NCBI GenBank assembly: GCA_002633005.1
Contig: NMRA01000495.1
Location: 283,411 to 324,567 of the forward strand
Length of the DNA stretch: 41,157 nt
Source: Phoronis australis
Lineage: Eukaryota; Animalia; Phoronida
Direction: 5' to 3'
The notes below the pieces were generated by a model. The model did not search any database, was not told the DNA's origin, and saw nothing but the letters and a program-made list of their open reading frames with translations. Every line of letters begins with the position of its first letter. The first letter of the stretch is position 1. Positions 35,103 to 41,157 of the stretch are shown one piece after another. A program made the translations under genes and the position numbers.

Positions 35103-36681
35103 ATTAAAACGCTAATTTCGGAATCGGATTTTGACCGTTCAACTCAGCTCGATTCCGTCGGACAGAAACAATACCCGCCCACGCCCGACGCCTCCTTTCC
35201 AACTGTTCCCGCGACGGAAAAGCGCCGGGTTCTGCGTCAGCAAATTCCGTGTTTTTTTTTTCTTTGTCTTATAATGAGTCGTGGTCTCAGTCGATCCGGT
35301 GTACGCGCTACTTTCTCGAAGCCAAACTCTCGAATCCAAACACAATTCGTTTACCTTCGTTTACCGTTTACGCCTACAAGGTCGCGTGCTCAATGATTTT
35401 GCGGCCAAAAAAGAACTAACGACGTTACCGTTCAATAATTGTCGGAAATCCGAGTCAGGCGAAGGAGCGGTGATTATATTTTATACACATCCGTTCGCCG
35501 CCGCTTTGGCTTAATCCGTGTGCTGCGGTCGCGTGCTTCATACTGACTTACTTTGAAACGATGATGATGGGGGTGAGAGTTCCTCCCTTATGATTCTTCC
35601 CGTGAAATGTACATTTATACTAGAGGTAAGTAATCAAGACCTCAACCTTTATTCCAGTCTCTTGTGCAGTGTCATAGACACAAGTAAATTCACTTTTTGT
35701 CCATGTTCTGTAAAATGCAAACCGATACCCATGCAGTCACGCTTGGGGTTTCCCTTTGTCTCTACTGTAGACTTACAACTAATAGCCCACAGAGTCGACT
35801 GCTCAAAAGATCCCGGTTTCAGTCATTCATTTCGGCGTTAAAGCCTGGTGTGGAATTATGAAGTCCTGCTGTGATCATAAACAGCTGACAATCACATTTT
35901 GGGTTCAAATCAAATGTAAACAAAGATGATCTATGTCATAAACATGTGTTCGAGGTGGATGTTAATCAGAGTTAACCTATGTCTGATTGGATTGGTACAG
36001 AATGACATCATCCCGCTGTGCACTTTCTTTTAATGGTTAACATTTTTCAAGCTGTCAAATAAGATCGATCACTTCATGTGCGACAATTTCATGTTGTTAT
36101 GTGTGCCATACCACATAATACGCCTAATGAGGGAAACTCCAAACCTGCCAGAAAGTCCTAACTGGACTCGAACAGGCAGACGTTCTTTGTTATGGACAAA
36201 AATCACTGAAAAGGAAGACACCGCAAGATTACGTGCGACGTTGCCGTGATTTTTGAATGAAAACGCGTGATTTTGGTAAGATTTTTGCAAAGTCCTACAG
36301 TGAAGCATTACTGAACTCTACCTTGTTGAAGCTGCTGGTTAAAACTGGTTGTTGAAAACACTAATGTATCAAACTGGCTCCCAAGTATAGTTACATGCAC
36401 TTATTTTCTCTTTTACAGGTCCCGGTTACAACAGAAACAACTCAAGATTGGAAATGCCTTTTGGTAAAGAATTATTGAAACATCTCGATTATTGGTTGAG
36501 AAAACCATCTTCATAATTGGAAAAGAGGAAGCAACAAATTTTAATGGGCGAAGATTGTTGAACTTTTTTGCCTACGAACCGTTTTTTAGTTACTAATCCT
36601 CCATGAATTCAATCGAATATCATTTGAACATGCGTACCATACAGGGTGGATACATTGAAAGAGGCGTGTGGTTAGACTCCA

Positions 36682-36937
36682 CAGGCACGCGCCCAGGGTG
36701 CGGGGGGCACGGGGAGCTCTTCAATTGGCAAAGTGGGCAAAAAGGTCCGCCTCCGAGAGACAAAAAGTCCGAGAAAATGGGACAAAAGCCCACTAAATAA
36801 GCGCAAATGCGCAATTCACTGAGGTGCTCCCGTTTTTTTTTGTTTTTTTTTTAATCTGTCCGCCCTTTTGTTTGAAAATGGCCCACAACGTCGGGAATTC
36901 GAGCCCCGCCCCATATCGAACGCTGGGTGCGCATATG
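36682..36937 (-). mobile_element. MITE, inverted homolog of 459-716
   Basis: Reverse complement catatgcgcacccagcgttcgatatggggcggggctcgaattcccgacgttgtgg matches 459-511; flanks ctcca/ctcta. Confidence 0.65.
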
Positions 36938-36994
36938 CTCTATGTGCTGGAAGACAACACATTGTGAGAACAGCGTTCGAAATACACAGTGGCT

Positions 36995-37090
36995 CGGGGC
37001 CAGTAAGTTTGATGCGGGGCAAGTAAATTTGATGCGGGGCCAGTAAATTTGATGCGGGGCCAGTAAATTTGATGCGGGGCCAGTAAATTT
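36995..37090. repeat. Minisatellite, about 5 copies of a 20-bp unit gatgcggggccagtaaattt
   Basis: Directly visible head-to-tail units with no spacers; preceded by cagcgttcgaaat, a possible element terminus. Confidence 0.9.
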
Positions 37091-39647
37091 TTACATATAG
37101 GCCCTATGTGGATGTGGCTGGCCACCAATTCTTTCGCTGAAGGTCTTAAATCTGTGAGAGACTTGTTGCACAGGAGTTCCTGTATTCTACATGCCAAGTC
37201 TACTGAGCTCTCTGTTTGCCATATTCCTTTTGTACAGCAACCGACTCCAAGCTCTACTACAGTGACGGGAATAGCACCAAGATAATTTGATTGAGAACTT
37301 TGTTCACTATAGCTAAACACAGGAAAGGTACATTCGTGAAAAGATCTGTGCATGTAAATTTGAGGTATGGCAATAAAGACACAATGTGTGTATGTAAGTT
37401 GCGGTAATATGACCATCACATTTGTGTGTGCTGAAATGACTGTAACAAAAAAACGAAATTGGGTGAAAAAAATGGATGACAATAGCAAATAATGCTTTTT
37501 AGAAAGTATTGATAACAGCTCAGCTTTTACGAGATATTTTGTTTCCCCATGTCTCGCATAACTAAAACCTGGCTAAAGCTGATTCCCGGCTTACACTGGC
37601 TGGTACCCAGGCGAAGCACAGGTTCCAGATAGTTTTTTCTTTAAAGCTTTAGAGCTTTTACCAGCGGGTGTTCACTCCGCCATCTTGCCATTGCCCCAAG
37701 CGGCGAATAAGCAACACCATTTTAGCACAAAGCATGTAAACACTGATGAGTTCATAATTTAATGACGTTGGACGTGCAATAAAATCGCTGTGTGATTGAA
37801 AATGGGTGAAATATGTAAACTAACATCCACTTATAATTATATGAGAATGAAATTGTCCGTTTGAATCAATGTTAAAGTGTATTTAAGTTTATTCTCCTGA
37901 AGGTCCCTTTAAAAGCCCTCATGTTTTTTCATGTTTGAGTTCTGAATAAGGCAAAATACCGTAATTACATCTCATACCTCCACGGTATACATAATTTTAA
38001 TGATTGCTCCTGGGGGTTTAGAGGGAAGTTCAACGATCCAATGCCTGGCCATTCTATTACTTATCATTTTAGTGTGTATCTTAATCTGATTGCTTTACGT
38101 AAATCTGGACGTAATCAAGTCTGTCTTCTCTGCTTCGGGAATTGAATAGTACTAGTACTGTTCCCTAGTTGATATGTTAGCTAACTCTTTACTGTAATTA
38201 TTGTAATTGTAATCCACTAAAGTTTTAGAGGTCGGAAATTATCCATTAAATGTACAGAATTTAAATCTATGGCTACAGTCCAAAGACAAATATTGCTATT
38301 TTCTACTTTTTATTTGAATACTATGGATAAATGCAAAAGGTGGCATTCCCACCGAGAAAAAACGACACTGCATCCGGGCAATAATGCTAACCAGTAAGTA
38401 TCTTGCCAAATGGTTTTATCGGTGATGTTCAATAATGCTTACTTTCAGTCCACTTGCTCACGAACCATTTCCCGTCTCTATCATACATGCCTCCAACAGC
38501 ACCGTAGTTTGATATTTCTGTAAAGGCAATATAGAGAGAATCATAAAGGTCAAAGTTGAACACAAATAATGTGAGCTCTTTGTCTTTTAACACGAGGCGA
38601 ATACTTAGTTCAATGGCGGAAAATTCAACACAAAGTGTATCCTACAGGTAGTTTATCTTACATGTACGCCTCACCGTGTCACCCAAGAGGGCTGTGAGAG
38701 ATCTGACTTGCTGCAGTTTTCAAAAAGGTTCTGCAAGTTTTCATTTTAAACATAGTAGGCTGTATTGAAACATTGATAAAGCGTTGCGTGCATGAAGCTT
38801 TTATTGCCTTTAGATTCGCAAATTTAGTGGCGTTGGACAATTCAGAAAACGTCAATACTAACGACACGTACAAGAAACACCGTATGGATGATATCATGGT
38901 TGGCCAAGTGCTGAGTTATCGGACCTTAATTGTAACCTTATTTTCTTTGGAGAAAAAACGTATTTAGGTAATTACGAAGCATTGCAAATAAACGAAACAA
39001 AAACTTAAGACTCCCACTGAGAAGGGATCGTATCATTTTGTCTGATTTTTTAAAGAATTGATTGGATATTAGAATTGCAAACATTCACTTTCTAAGTAAC
39101 TATGTTATCGTTTTTCTCCCAAGTTACGCCTGTCACACTTCACCAATTAAATTATTAATTTCAAAGATGTAGAAATGCTATTTTTAACTCGCAATTGGTT
39201 TTGTGTTTGACTATGTGGCCAGTTACTGACATCAGATCCGCGATGAAGATGGCTAAGAACAATACATGTACGTTTTGCAATGGTGTAATTTGGAAAGACT
39301 GCTATAAGATGGTAAAGATATCATGAAGAAAGTCATGAGAGAAAAATGAAGTCAAATTGACACGCATTTTCAAGAAAGGTGAACCTTTCAAAACTGCGAT
39401 TATCATTGAAACCAATGATGCACCGTTGAAACAGTTTATAAGTTGACATTTCAGCAGCGACGACTCAAATTCGTGATAGTTTTGTAGTCGTCGTCGTTTC
39501 AACCACAGTCTTAAATTAAGTTAGATTTCGCAATTTCACCCTACATCAAGTACAACTGACGCTCGTTACCCCTGACAAATTAAGACAGAACTGGATTGCA
39601 TGAAACCTCAAAATTACCTGCTGGATAAATTTGATTGTTGCATAACA

Positions 39648-40009
39648 TCAGGACCCGGTCTCCAATCTTTTTACTCGAAATGGAACCCGAAATTAGGATT
39701 GGCATTTTCTACTCTACTTTTAGGCGAACTCAAGATAAGTGTCTATGACGTAGACAATTTATTGCCTTTGGTTCACAGTTTGTAAACCCAATATTAAAGC
39801 AATAAGTTCGAGTTTTTACTCGAGTTTGTAGCACGAATATAAGGGTCTTCAAGAGCAAACTTGAACTAGAAACTTCTATGCATAAACTATAATGTATTCG
39901 AGCACAGTCTGATCACCAATTATCTTAAGTTCGCACAAAAGGAGCAGAGAAATTGTCAAAAATAGTTTCGAGTTCGGTTGGAGTACAAAGATTAGAGACC
40001 GGGCCCAGG
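39648..40009. mobile_element. Foldback MITE
   Basis: ggacccggtctccaatcttt ... aaagattagagaccgggccc terminal inverted repeats, plus inner arms gcgaactcaagataa / ttatcttaagttcgc. Confidence 0.75.
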
Positions 40010-40616
40010 TGCATTATTCAACAATAACAATGTGACGCGTGATAATTAATGTGACGTCATTGTTACCATAGAGCAAATAACTTTTATGCATCCGGCACCG
40101 ATTAGGAAACTCTTAACACAATCTGCTAAATCAGCCAGAGTGAAAATTGATGACCTCATACAGCGGGATGTTAGTCAGAGTTTTCTGTGGAGATATAAAA
40201 AATACAACGTGTATTTGAAAAACCTCCTTCAACCAATGTTTAGTATCTGTTGTCCGTTTTTTCTTTAGGCAATTTCCTTATTTGTAGATTCTACTGGCGG
40301 TGCAGACACAATAACCGTGTAAGAGTTCAGTTACGCAAGGACCTTGCTAAAAGCAAGGTTATATGAAATATTGCCGTGCATTTTAAATGCGAACACGACG
40401 TGATTTTGGCTAGATTTTATTGAGGTCCTAGCGTAAGTCCAAGCGTTACTGAACTATACCCTGACTGTTGAGGGCCCTTCTTAGGATACTTACAACTCAT
40501 TTTCTTGTGAGTGTGGCGCCATTTTTGTGTGCTCCTATTTTTCTTGTTAAGTACCTTTCTACTTTTTTGTTATTTCTTTAACTTAGTTATAATCTTTATT
40601 ATTATTTTTATATATA

Positions 40617-41157
40617 GCATGAGTGTCCCAAAAAGTGAGCCACTTTCTGACATGTAAATTGTCGATAATTGACCTATCGATTTCGTTCAGGCATTTCACA
40701 ATGTATCTTCAGGGGTTCCTTCATAAGTATACACAGCATCTCAGAAAAACATCAAAAATATGGAAGTACTGTGAAATTCAGTATAGGAGGGTAAGAATTA
40801 CAAGTAAAAGTATGAGACCCAAGACGCATGTTCGAATAAATGGAAGATCGTGTTAAGGAACTTATTCAATCCGAGGCGGAAAGCCCATGGAATCACAAAT
40901 CTATGACAGATGGCCGGTGCAAGTGATTTACAAGTCAGCAACTCTTTTGTGCGAAGTTTGGCAAAAAAATGGAGACAAAATCCTTCAAAAGAGTGCGTGT
41001 ATCATGGAGAGATCGAAATGTTACAAAGAAATAGGCCTAAAGAACTCGATGCCAATACTTGCATGGCCGAAGATCAGCCACTGGTGTGAAAGGTATTTAT
41101 TGAACAAATAGACTTTACGCTAGAAATCACTAAAATCGCAAATGAGATCGCGTTTCT
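40617..41157 (+). mobile_element. Degenerate Tc1/mariner element running off the window
   Basis: TIR-like gagtgtcccaaaaagtgagccac after a TA run; fragments KSFKRVRVSWRDRNV and FIEQIDFTLE resemble the first-Asp block (F.DE.DF.LE) of mariner-type transposases. Confidence 0.5.

Noticed and set aside
36995-37090. Short direct repeats as a CRISPR array
   Set aside because: The units are head-to-tail with no unique spacers, there are no cas genes, and the context is eukaryotic; it is a minisatellite.
36940-37488. 182-aa ORF as a gene
   Set aside because: It runs through the 20-bp minisatellite and intron-like T-rich sequence, with no recognisable motif.
38679-38897. Signal-peptide-like ORF MISSIRCFLYVSLVLTFS as first exon of the Ig gene
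   Set aside because: There is no phase-1 GT donor after the hydrophobic stretch and no recognisable domain.

Overview
Eukaryotic (animal, probably marine invertebrate or lophotrochozoan-like) draft-assembly DNA, AT-rich with several N gaps. It contains no prokaryotic operons, rRNA or CRISPR. The main host feature is a minus-strand immunoglobulin-superfamily gene that the ORF track mostly misses. Six GT-AG exons (23808-23530, 14350-14264, 13406-13180, 10616-10460, 9114-8942, 1435-1294) splice in matching phases into three consecutive Ig domains (V-like, C2-like, I-like lacking the F-strand Cys). The start and the 3' end are not securely located. The introns and upstream DNA are a mosaic of decayed, often nested mobile elements: Kolobok-type TTAA elements (one with transposase and KolX-like remnants, others with THAP remnants), Academ, an APE-type LINE, a Helentron-type non-autonomous element, a pogo-like remnant, an ISL2EU/Harbinger-type THAP end, a Tc1/mariner remnant and several MITEs. 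The most unusual items are an OTU protease-like domain inside the pogo-like remnant and a higher-order repeat carrying CTCF-like motifs inside the Helentron-type element. A 2.8-kb tandem duplication joined at a single N is probably an uncollapsed haplotype. Family names come from motif recognition only; no searches were run.
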